IMG/VR virus record: IMGVR_UViG_3300046170_000524
DNA: 64,000 nt
Source: a virus
Strand: one strand, 5' to 3'
Below the pieces are notes generated by a model. That model was not told the DNA's origin and did not search any database. It was given only the letters and a program-made list of their open reading frames with translations. A program made the translations under genes and the position numbers. Below, one piece after another: positions 33,288-42,654 of this stretch (its first letter is position 1; each line of letters starts with the position of its first letter).

Positions 33288-34562
33288 ATGGCAAATAGAG
33301 CAAGAGTAATTTATCAAAGCGAGGCGTTGTATGCCGGAACAGTTGATGCAACAGGCCATCACTTTACCGCTTCAACAGATAATTGGGCAAGTAAAACAGG
33401 TTACGCAACCCAAGCAGAAGCGGATGCAATAAACGGACAAGTTAGAACAGGTATAATGCAACTTCGCAGAGTTCAAAGTGCAAATTATAGTTTCACAGTA
33501 AATAGAGAAGACGTAAATCAATTCGGTCAACTAGCGAGAATAGATTCAGTTTCACTTGAGCCGCCAACAGTAACTTTAGATTTTTCGTACTACCTAACGA
33601 ATGGAATTAATGAAAGAATCCTAGGGTTTAACGTAGATGGTCAAACTTCAGCTTTGGCTTCAGATATATTACTAGGTAAAACAGAAAATGCAGAAAACCC
33701 AGGAGGAAAAAACTTTTTTATATTAACCACTCCGGAAGCCTCAGATGCAGTAGGCAATCAAGATAGTGATACAGAGAAAAATGTTATAGCCCTAGGAAAT
33801 GGTTTTGTATCTAATTATTCAATTGAAGCTTCAGTAGGAGGAATGCCAACGGCGAACGTAACTATTGACGGGTTTAATTTAAGAAGTTACGCTTCAACAA
33901 AAGACCTAGAATTACCAGCTATAAATACTACATACGGTATACCCGTAACAGGCATGGAATTTTCACTTCCACCAGCCATTAGTGGAGTACATGATGTAGA
34001 TTCAGAAATTGACTTCGGCAAAGAAGGTGTTTCTTGCTTAAGGCCTGGAGACATACATATGGCATTAGGTAATGCGGGAAGAGCTGGATTATTTGAACCT
34101 CTACCTTTTTCCGACCCAGAAAAAGATTATGATGCAGGAAGCGCACACATTCAGAGCTTTAGTATTGATGTTCCTGTTTCAAGAAGCACAATCAATAGAC
34201 TCGGAAATCCATATGGATATAGTAAAGTTGTAGACTTTCCATTAAACATTTCGGTTTCAGTAAGTGCAATTCTTTCAGATTTAAAAGAAGGTAATGTTAC
34301 AGATATGCTTTTTGATGATGAACAACACGATCTGCAATTCGTACTCAGGGAACCTAATCAATTTGGAACAGGAGATACTGCAATGATCTATACAATTAAA
34401 AATGCAAGATTAGAAGGTGAATCATTCAGTTCTTCAATTGGAGACAACAAGACGGTAGACCTAACCTTTAGTGCTCAAGTCGGAGGACCACAAGACACAG
34501 GTAACGGTTTATTTATATCCGGCTCCAGAAATGCAACTGGAATACATGAATATTTTGCTTGA
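33288..34562 (+). CDS. Major tail tube protein
   Basis: RVQSANYSFTVNREDVNQFG, IQSFSIDVPVSRSTINRLG, SSSIGDNKTVDLTF; own upstream motif (ATGTAAT 33247) and strong terminator. Confidence 0.75.
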   Translation: MANRARVIYQSEALYAGTVDATGHHFTASTDNWASKTGYATQAEADAINGQVRTGIMQLRRVQSANYSFTVNREDVNQFGQLARIDSVSLEPPTVTLDFSYYLTNGINERILGFNVDGQTSALASDILLGKTENAENPGGKNFFILTTPEASDAVGNQDSDTEKNVIALGNGFVSNYSIEASVGGMPTANVTIDGFNLRSYASTKDLELPAINTTYGIPVTGMEFSLPPAISGVHDVDSEIDFGKEGVSCLRPGDIHMALGNAGRAGLFEPLPFSDPEKDYDAGSAHIQSFSIDVPVSRSTINRLGNPYGYSKVVDFPLNISVSVSAILSDLKEGNVTDMLFDDEQHDLQFVLREPNQFGTGDTAMIYTIKNARLEGESFSSSIGDNKTVDLTFSAQVGGPQDTGNGLFISGSRNATGIHEYFA

Positions 34563-34584
34563 TTTTTGATATAATTAAGTAACT

Positions 34585-34614
34585 AAAAAACCCCCGTTTT
34601 ACGGGGGTTTTTTT
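34585..34614. terminator. Bidirectional rho-independent terminator
   Basis: AAAAAACCCCCG-TTTTA-CGGGGGTTTTTTT between convergent tube genes. Confidence 0.9.
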
Positions 34615-36973
34615 ATTTAGTTAAAGCTATCTTTTTAACACCTAACTCAGTCACCATATAACAGAAGCTTGACTCAATAATTTTAAATCCCACTTCAGAA
34701 TAAACGGGGGTTAAAGAACTATCAATAAGAGGCACTTTTGCCCATTCAAATTCATCAATGCATATGTATAAAAATTCTCCATTAGTAGATAATTCCTCAG
34801 CAAGAAATTCCCCTGAAACGCTTCGATAAACTATAGAGTATCTAGTTTTGTAATTACCAAAATACAAATAATCATTTTGAAAATATATAAAACCTTCAAC
34901 AGGAACCTCAACTCTTTGCGTTGACGAGCCAATAGTATTAAATACTCTTAAATCGAACTTATAAAGATTTTGAGTAATCTCAATCTCCTCTTTAATTTTA
35001 ATGCCTGTATCCTCGTGAATTAAAAATAGCTCGGCATCATCTAACAAAAACTCATACTCTACGGGGTAATCATAAAATGGATCAGTTAACTCTAGAGATT
35101 GAGCTTCTGATAATTTTGTAATAAAATCTACAGGAATAACCTGCAATTCATTTGCCCATATTGGAGCGGTATCAATAACATTAACAATTTCTATTCTCAG
35201 TCTTTTTTCTGAAACACCAGCTTCGTTAGACGCTAATACAGTTATTTGATAAATATTCTTACTTTCGTAATCTGGTGGAGTTCTAAAATAAAGATTCAGT
35301 CCTTCATTCAAAATAAATTCAAATCTTTGATCTCCCTGTAGAGAATAATAAACTTTACTATCTCCTTCGTCTATATTTTTATCGAACTCTATCTTAGAAG
35401 TGTCGTTTTCTAAATAAAGTATAACCTCAGCAGGTTTTTCCCATGAAGGAGGTATTTCTGGTATAAATCTAGGATAAATTTTAAATCCGTCTCTTTCACT
35501 AATATCGAAAGACATAGAAGAGCTGACCATTACCTCCGACCCTATAGTATGAGTATAAGTTTGAGCCTTTAACTGTACCCTATTAAATTCAAAAGTTATA
35601 TTATTTGCTATTTTAAATAATGCTATATTTGATATATTTTTTTTATCTATAGCTATAAGAGGAAACCTCCTCCAACCAAGAATCGTTTTAATATATACAA
35701 AATGTTTAGTGATTACTTTTTGACCGATATTATAGCCGCTAAAAGAAACGCTTGTTTCAGCTAAAGCTATTTTCCCTTTAGATTCAGAATCTATAGAAAC
35801 ATAATAAAAATCGCAATTTTGACTAATTTTTTCTTGAGGGGCATTAAAAGGGCCTGACCCCTGATAAGGTAAATATCCGCTTTCAACAACTACTTTTTTA
35901 TATCTCCAAATATTACCTCCTATATTTATGTAATAGTTATTTCCATCACAGAAAAAATCTCCAGCATCTCCACGCGTTGACTTAGGTTTAATCGGTTGAT
36001 TTACTATGATTTCATATGTATCACTTTCAGTCAAAAAAGTTTCTGTTGCGTCTTTATTTAGCTCCCTTAGTACCATATCTATAGACATATTTCCAATAAT
36101 TGGAAGCTTAAGTTTTTTATTAAAGGCATAATTGCTTCCCATTCCGTAAATATCTTGTCTAGGAATTGGAATATCTATATCTAGATTTTGAATTGCGGCG
36201 TGCACTGAATCCAATACATTACCACCCCGATCCCCACTTAACTTAATTATTGAAGAAGTTATATCTCCCGCTGCGGTAGCGGAAACTTCCCGAGAAGTAT
36301 GCGGGTCAAACGCAGTGTCGGACTCGTGATAAAAATTATCTATAGCAAAAGAGCTTAAAGATACCTCTTCCTGACTCTTCGAGTTGTCTGGGCCTAACTT
36401 TATTGATGGTAGTTTTGGTTTTGATTCAGTGGAATACAGATCAAAACTCATATTCAATCCGCTATAAGATAATTCCGCAGTGGCAAGTTTACCTACAGAC
36501 AAGTTATACTTATAACTCACTAAAAAAGCATTACCAATCCCTATTACATTAAAATTTTCAAAATCAGCTTCGCTAGGCAAAAGGTTCAAATCCTCATGCT
36601 CATTTTTATTCGAAGTGACAACAATAATATTAATATCGTCGGTATTACTTTTGCTTATAAAATCTTTTAACACGCTATACTCTTGACTTAAGTGAAACCC
36701 AGCAGATTTCTCATTAATAGCTCCTGCAAATAAGTAAGATATCGCGCAATTTACCTCTGGACCTCTAATTACTGGACTTTGATAATTTCTAGTGATAAGC
36801 CTATCGCTACCTATAGCTTTAATATCCGATGAAACATGAGCGAAACTGTAATTCATACCCTGAACACGTATTAAGTTTCTGTAAATAGAACCTTCTTCCT
36901 TAAAACCTGGAGAGTTGGTTAGCAAAATCCCCAACCTCTCATAGGTTAACCTATCAATTACTCCTTGTGCCAT
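34613..36973 (-). CDS. Tail tube paralogue extended with short beta repeats and a cadherin-like domain
   Basis: IRVQGMNYSF and IQNLDIDIPIPRQDIYGMG align with major tube; FRTPPDYESKNIYQITVLASN...IEIVNVIDTAPIW cadherin-like; repeats such as GEFLYICIDEFEWAKVPL. Confidence 0.7.
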   Translation of the reverse strand: MAQGVIDRLTYERLGILLTNSPGFKEEGSIYRNLIRVQGMNYSFAHVSSDIKAIGSDRLITRNYQSPVIRGPEVNCAISYLFAGAINEKSAGFHLSQEYSVLKDFISKSNTDDINIIVVTSNKNEHEDLNLLPSEADFENFNVIGIGNAFLVSYKYNLSVGKLATAELSYSGLNMSFDLYSTESKPKLPSIKLGPDNSKSQEEVSLSSFAIDNFYHESDTAFDPHTSREVSATAAGDITSSIIKLSGDRGGNVLDSVHAAIQNLDIDIPIPRQDIYGMGSNYAFNKKLKLPIIGNMSIDMVLRELNKDATETFLTESDTYEIIVNQPIKPKSTRGDAGDFFCDGNNYYINIGGNIWRYKKVVVESGYLPYQGSGPFNAPQEKISQNCDFYYVSIDSESKGKIALAETSVSFSGYNIGQKVITKHFVYIKTILGWRRFPLIAIDKKNISNIALFKIANNITFEFNRVQLKAQTYTHTIGSEVMVSSSMSFDISERDGFKIYPRFIPEIPPSWEKPAEVILYLENDTSKIEFDKNIDEGDSKVYYSLQGDQRFEFILNEGLNLYFRTPPDYESKNIYQITVLASNEAGVSEKRLRIEIVNVIDTAPIWANELQVIPVDFITKLSEAQSLELTDPFYDYPVEYEFLLDDAELFLIHEDTGIKIKEEIEITQNLYKFDLRVFNTIGSSTQRVEVPVEGFIYFQNDYLYFGNYKTRYSIVYRSVSGEFLAEELSTNGEFLYICIDEFEWAKVPLIDSSLTPVYSEVGFKIIESSFCYMVTELGVKKIALTK

Positions 36974-36982
36974 TAAAGTTAT

Positions 36983-37008
36983 TACACAATTTCTTCTATT
37001 TTAGTGTA
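36983..37008. promoter_or_regulatory. Back-to-back TATTACAC...GTGTAATA motif pair
   Basis: Inverted copies between divergent starts 36973 and 37025. Confidence 0.65.
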
Positions 37009-37024
37009 ATAAAGCTTACTTGTT

Positions 37025-38077
37025 ATGCCAAATCAAAGAATATCAGAACTAAATGAAAAACTTAAATTAAATTCTAATTGTTTGGGGTATATAAAGTTCA
37101 GGGATGCTACCGATGCGGTTAGTACTGATAACAATAAATTACTCTTAATAGCTAAAGAGAGAAGTTACAACAAAAAAACTTCTTTTGCTAATCTTAAAAA
37201 ATCTATATTAGATTCATCTTTACAAAATAATTTAGATCAAAATATAAATGGGAAGAAAATATTTGTAAACAAATGTTCTTTTAGAGAGGTTGCAGATAAA
37301 CAAGTTGAAAACTTATACAAAGACAGCTATATAAATCAGTCAAATACAAACAGTGATCCTTATGCTAAATTTCAAGAAAAACAAATACTTCTCTCCGCGA
37401 GCAATAAAGTAAACTTTTCAAAGTCAGTTTCATTTTCTGAAAAAAACGGACTTAGTATAGGAAAATTACAAAACTTAGGGTCATTAAATACATCCGGCAA
37501 AACCTATATACCAAATATATACATAAAAGAAAATGGAGTTTATAAAAAAGTTGAAAACCAAGAAAATCAAGATAATAATATTTATTTTAACCAAAAATTA
37601 CAGGCCGAAAAAAATATACACAAAATATATCTACCAAAAACTTTTAAATATAAACCAGTTATATCTGTAAACTTATTAAACAATAATCAAGAAAATTTCA
37701 TAGCTTATACTATATTTAATGTAACTGAATTAAGTTTTTATATCAAATTCGATCAAGCATTAAATTCAAACAACTACAGCGTAGACATCTCCGCCTTCAG
37801 TCCGTCTACATTAGATAATTCAAACACAAACCCTTTAAATGATTCAAAAAAAATACAAAGATTCCATACATTATTAAATCAAGATAACACAACTCATACA
37901 ATAAACTTTCCATTTAGCTATAATTCTACCCCAGTAATTCATGTTTCAATTGAAAATGAAGAAATTCCGCCTGTTTATTCAGTCAGCAACATAACAAATA
38001 ATTCATTTGAAATAAAATTCCAAAATAGCACGGGAACAGATTTCATAATTCATACTTTATCGCAAGAAATAAATTAA
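37025..38077 (+). CDS. Accessory tail fibre with H-type-lectin-like repeats
   Basis: N-terminal QRISEL; DQNINGKKIF fibre motif; two repeats of the I.(L/F)P..F...PVI.V type followed by ...(N/L)SF.IKF. Confidence 0.55.
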   Translation: MPNQRISELNEKLKLNSNCLGYIKFRDATDAVSTDNNKLLLIAKERSYNKKTSFANLKKSILDSSLQNNLDQNINGKKIFVNKCSFREVADKQVENLYKDSYINQSNTNSDPYAKFQEKQILLSASNKVNFSKSVSFSEKNGLSIGKLQNLGSLNTSGKTYIPNIYIKENGVYKKVENQENQDNNIYFNQKLQAEKNIHKIYLPKTFKYKPVISVNLLNNNQENFIAYTIFNVTELSFYIKFDQALNSNNYSVDISAFSPSTLDNSNTNPLNDSKKIQRFHTLLNQDNTTHTINFPFSYNSTPVIHVSIENEEIPPVYSVSNITNNSFEIKFQNSTGTDFIIHTLSQEIN

Positions 38078-38079
38078 AA

Positions 38080-39111
38080 ATGGCAACAAATAATAGAATA
38101 TCAAGTTTCGAAGATCAAGAATCGCTTTCATCTTTTGACAATTCTTTCATTCAATCTGACTTCAATTCATCAATAGGTAATGACGACGACGATGTATTAT
38201 TTCTAATAACCACATCTGGAATAGGGAATGAAAAAATTAGTTTTAAAAATTTAAAAAAATCAATACTAGATACATCCGTATTACTAAGTGGAGATCAAAA
38301 TATTAGAGGGCAAAAAACTTTTCTTCAAGAATGCCTATTTATTGGAGGAGTAGATATAGCTTCGCATAGCGTAGAGGATTACATATATCATTCGGGAGAT
38401 CCATCTACCTATATACAATTTGATTCTGGCGAAATAAATCTATCTGCAGCTAATGCTATCACAATAGATAGCAGCGGTAGTTTCATGTCAATAAGCAACT
38501 CAGGTGCGGTTTCTATAAATTCTCATGAAAAATCGGGAGCTTTAAATGTTAGTGGAGACGCCTTTCTAGATGAAGTTTTCATCTTAAATTCAAATGAGCA
38601 ATTTCAAAAATTAACTTCAAGCGTAGAAGATTCTGTTAATTTTACAATAAACTTAAATCAAGGAGATTCTATTCATACCATCGACCTACCTAAAACTTTT
38701 GAAGAGCCCCCATCGATTTTCCTAACCCTAGAAGAAACAGATGTTAATAAGTCAATATCTCAATTTCAATATTCATTAAATAATATTAAAGAATCTAGTT
38801 TCGAAATTTCATTTCTTTCACCGCTGGCCAGCGACTCGATTAACATGCATGTATTAGCTAAACCAAAAGGAGTTTCTTCGAGCCCTCAAACAAAAACTAT
38901 ATCTTTTACAAAAGATTTAAATTCAGGAGAGTCTTCTTTTCAAGTTGACTTTCCTGAGATATTTAACGATAAGCCGATAATATCTACATCTCTAGAAGCT
39001 TCATTTCAGCAATCTTATATACTGCAAAATACAACAATAGGAAACTTTCAGATATTGTTTGAATCTGGATTACAGCAAGACGCAAAGCTACATATTCACG
39101 CAACAAGATAA
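38080..39111 (+). CDS. Accessory tail fibre paralogue with H-type-lectin-like repeats
   Basis: NNRISSF; GDQNIRGQKTF; IDLPKTFEEPPSIF and VDFPEIFNDKPIIS repeats; paralogous to upstream gene. Confidence 0.55.
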   Translation: MATNNRISSFEDQESLSSFDNSFIQSDFNSSIGNDDDDVLFLITTSGIGNEKISFKNLKKSILDTSVLLSGDQNIRGQKTFLQECLFIGGVDIASHSVEDYIYHSGDPSTYIQFDSGEINLSAANAITIDSSGSFMSISNSGAVSINSHEKSGALNVSGDAFLDEVFILNSNEQFQKLTSSVEDSVNFTINLNQGDSIHTIDLPKTFEEPPSIFLTLEETDVNKSISQFQYSLNNIKESSFEISFLSPLASDSINMHVLAKPKGVSSSPQTKTISFTKDLNSGESSFQVDFPEIFNDKPIISTSLEASFQQSYILQNTTIGNFQILFESGLQQDAKLHIHATR

Positions 39112-39114
39112 AGC

Positions 39115-39143
39115 TTGACATTTAATTTCATACCTGCTATAAT
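39115..39143 (+). promoter_or_regulatory. Sigma70-type promoter, leaderless
   Basis: TTGACA-17-TATAAT with TG extension; 6 nt to ATG 39150. Confidence 0.85.
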
Positions 39144-39149
39144 TCAGGC

Positions 39150-39689
39150 ATGAATAATTTATTGTATAGAACTAAATGTTATTTAGTAGGCCACATGCAA
39201 TACGTTAGTGGCAGAAACTGGAGAGAGCATGTAACAGAAAAGTTAGGCCCACTGGGAATAACTTGCTTTGATCCTTATAAAAAACCATTCATTAAAGACG
39301 TAGAAGAAGATGAAGCCTCTCGCCAAGAAATGGAAACTTGGATGAAGACTAAGCAATACGATAGAGTTACAGATCGAATGAAAACGGTTCGAGCGTATGA
39401 TCTAAATTTAGTTGATCGAAGCGATTTTATAATAGCCCACCTTGTTCCTGAAGTCGCAAGCTGGGGTAGCGCAGAGGAGATCGTAACTGCAGTTAGAGAG
39501 AAAAAACCTGTTTTTGTTAGCATGGAAGGTGGAAAATCAAAAACCCCACTTTGGATGCTTGGAATGTTTCCTCATAAATATATTTATAACACAGTAGATG
39601 AAATAATTGACATGCTATTTGCAATAGATTGCGGCAACAAACCTATAGATTCAGACAGATGGAGATTACTTCAAAAAAAATTTAGATGA
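39150..39689 (+). CDS. Nucleoside 2-deoxyribosyltransferase-like/nucleotide N-glycosidase
   Basis: CYLVGHMQ...NWRE...FDPY...DLNLVDRSDFII...SWGSAEE. Confidence 0.7.
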   Translation: MNNLLYRTKCYLVGHMQYVSGRNWREHVTEKLGPLGITCFDPYKKPFIKDVEEDEASRQEMETWMKTKQYDRVTDRMKTVRAYDLNLVDRSDFIIAHLVPEVASWGSAEEIVTAVREKKPVFVSMEGGKSKTPLWMLGMFPHKYIYNTVDEIIDMLFAIDCGNKPIDSDRWRLLQKKFR

Positions 39690-39808
39690 TACACATATTA
39701 GCTACGGCATATTTTGAATTCTTTCCTGGGGACTGGCTTTTTTTTGGAGCCTTAGGCACAGTTATTTGGTTTATAAAATCAAAAAATGATGATAACTTTT
39801 ATGGATAA
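39686..39808 (+). CDS. 40-aa small membrane protein (not in ORF track)
   Basis: MIHILATAYFEFFPGDWLFFGALGTVIWFIKSKNDDNFYG; ATGA overlap upstream, 8-nt overlap with guaC. Confidence 0.6.
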   Translation: MIHILATAYFEFFPGDWLFFGALGTVIWFIKSKNDDNFYG

Positions 39809-40775
39809 GCAATATAAATATTCAGACATCGTGCTGACTCCTGAGTATAGTGAATGCACCAGTAGGTCAGAGTGTGACACAAGCGTGAAATTTTGTGGAT
39901 TTAATTTCAAGCTTCCAATTATTCCTGCAAATATGCAATCTGTTATCAACATGAGTCTAGCAAAATGGATGAGTCAAAATGATTATTTTTATATTATGCA
40001 CCGATTTCATAATGATCTCGCAGATAATGTAGCTATTGCAAATGCCGAGAACTGGAAGATAATATCCTTTAGCGTAGGAGTTCAAGACTCAGATCAAGAT
40101 AAAATACATAAAATAAAAAAGCGCGGAAACGTCATTGACTTTCTAACAATAGATATCGCGCACGGTCATTCAAAAAAAATGATTGATATGATTAAATTTA
40201 TCAAAAAAGAGTTGCCGAGCACAAAAATTATAGCGGGTAACGTAGCGACTCGACAAGCTGTGATTGACTTAGCTAATGCAGGAGCAGACGTAGTAAAAGT
40301 TGGAATCGGCCAAGGCTCTCCTTGTACTACAAAAGATAAAACCGGGTTTACACTACCTATGTTTAGTTGTACAAAATCTTGTAGTTCAGTATATATTGGC
40401 GAAGATGAAGATAATTTAAACAAAGTTCCAATTATTGCAGACGGAGGAGTTACATGTAACGGAGATATCACAAAGGCTATTGTTGCTGGCGCGGACATGG
40501 TTATGGCAGGAGGTTTATTTGCGAGCTGCGTGGATAGTCCTGCCACCGTGATAGAAATTAATGGAGAGTTCCACAAAGCTTATTTTGGTTCAGCAAGCTA
40601 TGAAAATAAAAAACATCGCAACCACATCGAAGGCAAACTCAATAAAATAAAAAACAACGGAATGACATATGACCAAAAATTGCAAGAAATAAAACAAGAC
40701 TTACAAAGCTCAATCTCTTATGCAGGTGGTCGAGATGTGAGCGTTTTACAAAAAACTAAATATTTATATCAATAG
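39801..40775 (+). CDS. guaC: GMP reductase (start revised to MDKQYKY)
   Basis: DIAHGH, AGNV, KVGIGQGSPCTT, IIADGG, YFGSAS; IMPDH/GMPR barrel without CBS domains. Confidence 0.85.
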   Translation: MDKQYKYSDIVLTPEYSECTSRSECDTSVKFCGFNFKLPIIPANMQSVINMSLAKWMSQNDYFYIMHRFHNDLADNVAIANAENWKIISFSVGVQDSDQDKIHKIKKRGNVIDFLTIDIAHGHSKKMIDMIKFIKKELPSTKIIAGNVATRQAVIDLANAGADVVKVGIGQGSPCTTKDKTGFTLPMFSCTKSCSSVYIGEDEDNLNKVPIIADGGVTCNGDITKAIVAGADMVMAGGLFASCVDSPATVIEINGEFHKAYFGSASYENKKHRNHIEGKLNKIKNNGMTYDQKLQEIKQDLQSSISYAGGRDVSVLQKTKYLYQ

Positions 40776-40778
40776 CAC

Positions 40779-40807
40779 TTGACATTTATATTTTTTTATA
40801 CTATAAT
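40779..40807 (+). promoter_or_regulatory. Sigma70-type promoter, near-leaderless
   Basis: TTGACA-17-TATAAT; 7 nt to ATG 40815. Confidence 0.85.
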
Positions 40808-40814
40808 CAGTACC

Positions 40815-40988
40815 ATGAACAAATCAATAGCAAAAGAAATAAGAAAAATCATTAACCATGATACAAAACTTTCTGACGCAACCCAAAAGCGAGTATATTC
40901 TCGTGCAAAAAAACAATACACAAAACTCAGTAAAGGAGCAAAACCTTTATTTTTAGAAGAACTTAAAAATTTATATAAACAAAATTAA
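40815..40988 (+). CDS. Small basic hypothetical protein (start revised to MNKSIAK)
   Basis: ATG directly after promoter. Confidence 0.7.
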   Translation: MNKSIAKEIRKIINHDTKLSDATQKRVYSRAKKQYTKLSKGAKPLFLEELKNLYKQN

Positions 40989-40990
40989 TT

Positions 40991-41314
40991 ATGGAAAATC
41001 AAGCACAAGATAAGCAACAATCAGAGTGGCGCAACCGTGAGCTAGGAGCTCTTTGGGTGCGCAGTGGAAAGAATCAAAAATATCTTTCAGGAACAATCAA
41101 TGTCGAAACTATGCCAGGAGTTACAGAGCCTGTAAAAGTAGTTGTATTCACCAATAAAGGTCGAGATAAAAATGAAAGAGCGCCAGATTATGTAATTTAT
41201 AGATCCGAAGAGGCATCTCAAGATAAAACTAATGTCGAGCAAGTCGCAAAGCAAGCGGCGGAAGAAGTAAAGTCGACTCAAAGCAATGAAGATATCCCTG
41301 AAGAATTATTTTAA
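40991..41314 (+). CDS. DUF736-like putative single-stranded DNA-binding protein
   Basis: GALW...KYLSG...APDYVIY plus acidic tip EDIPEELF. Confidence 0.6.
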   Translation: MENQAQDKQQSEWRNRELGALWVRSGKNQKYLSGTINVETMPGVTEPVKVVVFTNKGRDKNERAPDYVIYRSEEASQDKTNVEQVAKQAAEEVKSTQSNEDIPEELF

Positions 41315-41316
41315 TT

Positions 41317-41502
41317 ATGGAAAAACAATTTTGGCATAGTAAAAAATTCTGGGCAGCGGTAGTTGCTGCGGGTGTACCTATTGTAAATCATTTCTTTAAT
41401 CTAGGTTTAACGCAAGAAATTGTAATGCAAATCGTAAGTCCGGTCGTAGCATATATCTTAGGTCAAGGTCTTGCAGATTTAGGTAAAAATAAAAACAATT
41501 GA
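41317..41502 (+). CDS. Putative holin-like small membrane protein
   Basis: SKKFW...YILGQGLAD; two hydrophobic segments, basic C-terminus. Confidence 0.5.
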   Translation: MEKQFWHSKKFWAAVVAAGVPIVNHFFNLGLTQEIVMQIVSPVVAYILGQGLADLGKNKNN

Positions 41503-41512
41503 TCTTTGAAAA
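41501..41512 (+). promoter_or_regulatory. boxA-like element upstream of tmRNA
   Basis: GATCTTTGAAAA 4 nt before the tmRNA 5' end. Confidence 0.45.
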
Positions 41513-41516
41513 TTAT

Positions 41517-41884
41517 GGGCGTATACTGGATTCGATTTAAATTGAATTTGTATACTGCAAGTAGGAGTGTGTCTGGCTCCTAAATAAGACACAAATCATT
41601 ACATGGCAAAAATCTTAGTCGTGTTGAAAGCTTCGCTCCAAAAAGCGAAGTTTTCGCTTTGGCAGCGTAACACCTGTCACCTCGCAACTTTTGACGCAGA
41701 TAGAAAGATTGCGGGGTCATCAATCTGCAAAAACAGATAAAAGTTTTCTTGTATCACAAACTGAAAATAATTGAAACAAAAAGTTGGATGTTAATATCAT
41801 AACTTTAAAAAAAATTAACTAAACTTGTAGATGTATATCTCTGAAAATTTAAAGACGCGGGTTCAACTCCCGCTACGTCCACCA
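41517..41884 (+). ncRNA. ssrA: tmRNA, tag (A)GKNLSRVESFAPKSEVFALAA
   Basis: 5' GGGCGTATACTGGATTCGA; acceptor stem GGGCGTA/TACGTCC with G3-U70, then ACCA; T-arm GCGGGTTCAACTCCCGC; pseudoknot AGGAG/CTCCT with GTGTCT/AGACAC; tag frame 41605-41670 ending ALAA-stop. Confidence 0.95.
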
Positions 41885-41914
41885 TTTCCACAAAATCATT
41901 AATCAAAACAAAAC

Positions 41915-42151
41915 ATGAATGACGAAGAAAATGTCAATCAACTTATTTTCAAAAAAATATTAAATAATAAAAATAAACCCGAACACCTTACTGAAAAAGA
42001 GTGGGATGCTATACTTAAAAAAATAGCTCACGCAATCAACAAATCATCAAAAAAAACAAAGCCAGTTTCTTTAGGTAGGAGAAAAGTTCTTGCAAAAGAA
42101 ATTAAAGAAGGCTTTGATCTACTTAGAGTGTACTATAATTACCTAGATTAA
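41915..42151 (+). CDS. Hypothetical protein
   Basis: 78-aa ORF. Confidence 0.65.
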   Translation: MNDEENVNQLIFKKILNNKNKPEHLTEKEWDAILKKIAHAINKSSKKTKPVSLGRRKVLAKEIKEGFDLLRVYYNYLD

Positions 42152-42165
42152 TAAAATAAAATTCA

Positions 42166-42336
42166 ATGAACGAAGAAGAAGAAGAAGAAGAGAATGAGAT
42201 TATGTTCGAGCCCGATGACGCGCTTATTTTAGCTTTAAATGAAATTCATGACTTAAAGCAGCTAGTTGAAACGCAAGATTCCGCAATTGAAGAATTAAAG
42301 AGTCAGTTAAGTCTCCTTGCTAAGAAAATTAAGTAA
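42166..42336 (+). CDS. 56-aa acidic coiled-coil protein (not in ORF track)
   Basis: MNEEEEEEENEIMFEPDDALILALNEIHDLKQLVETQ...; fills the gap. Confidence 0.6.
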   Translation: MNEEEEEEENEIMFEPDDALILALNEIHDLKQLVETQDSAIEELKSQLSLLAKKIK

Positions 42337-42344
42337 ATTAACGC

Positions 42345-42373
42345 TTGACTTATAGCTACATATATGAGATAAT
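42345..42373 (+). promoter_or_regulatory. Sigma70-type promoter
   Basis: TTGACT-17-GATAAT with TG extension; 8 nt to ATG 42382. Confidence 0.75.
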
Positions 42374-42381
42374 ACTCGTAT

Positions 42382-42654
42382 ATGAAAAAAATCTCATTAA
42401 ACAAAGATGGTACTCCGCGCAAACGCCGTAACTCAGGCAAAAAAAGCGGTTCAGCTATTGTGTCCTTGTCAGTTAACGAGATCTTAGAGCTCGCATCACA
42501 AGAAGTTTCCTCTATTCCTGTTAGTGAAGATTGGGTTAAAGGTAGGCTTTACGCAAATTATCTTGCAAACAAAAAAGTTTCTAATGATTTCTCAGAACTT
42601 CAGTCAGTGGAAGACAAAATCGAATACGCTATAACATCTTTTGATAATGAATAA
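42382..42654 (+). CDS. Hypothetical protein with AT-hook-like basic N-terminus, coupled to ruvB
   Basis: LNKDGTPRKRRNSGKK; overlaps ruvB start. Confidence 0.7.
   Translation: MKKISLNKDGTPRKRRNSGKKSGSAIVSLSVNEILELASQEVSSIPVSEDWVKGRLYANYLANKKVSNDFSELQSVEDKIEYAITSFDNE

Noticed and set aside
31290-36973. Contractile tail or tailocin
   Set aside because: No sheath or T4/P2-type baseplate wedge genes; tip follows the lambda M-L-K-I-J order
39690-39694. Additional TACAC copy
   Set aside because: Lies within coding sequence with no - strand start downstream; treated as background
42172-42192. (GAA)6-GAG microsatellite
   Set aside because: Simply encodes a poly-Glu run in a small ORF; triplet changes would not switch frame
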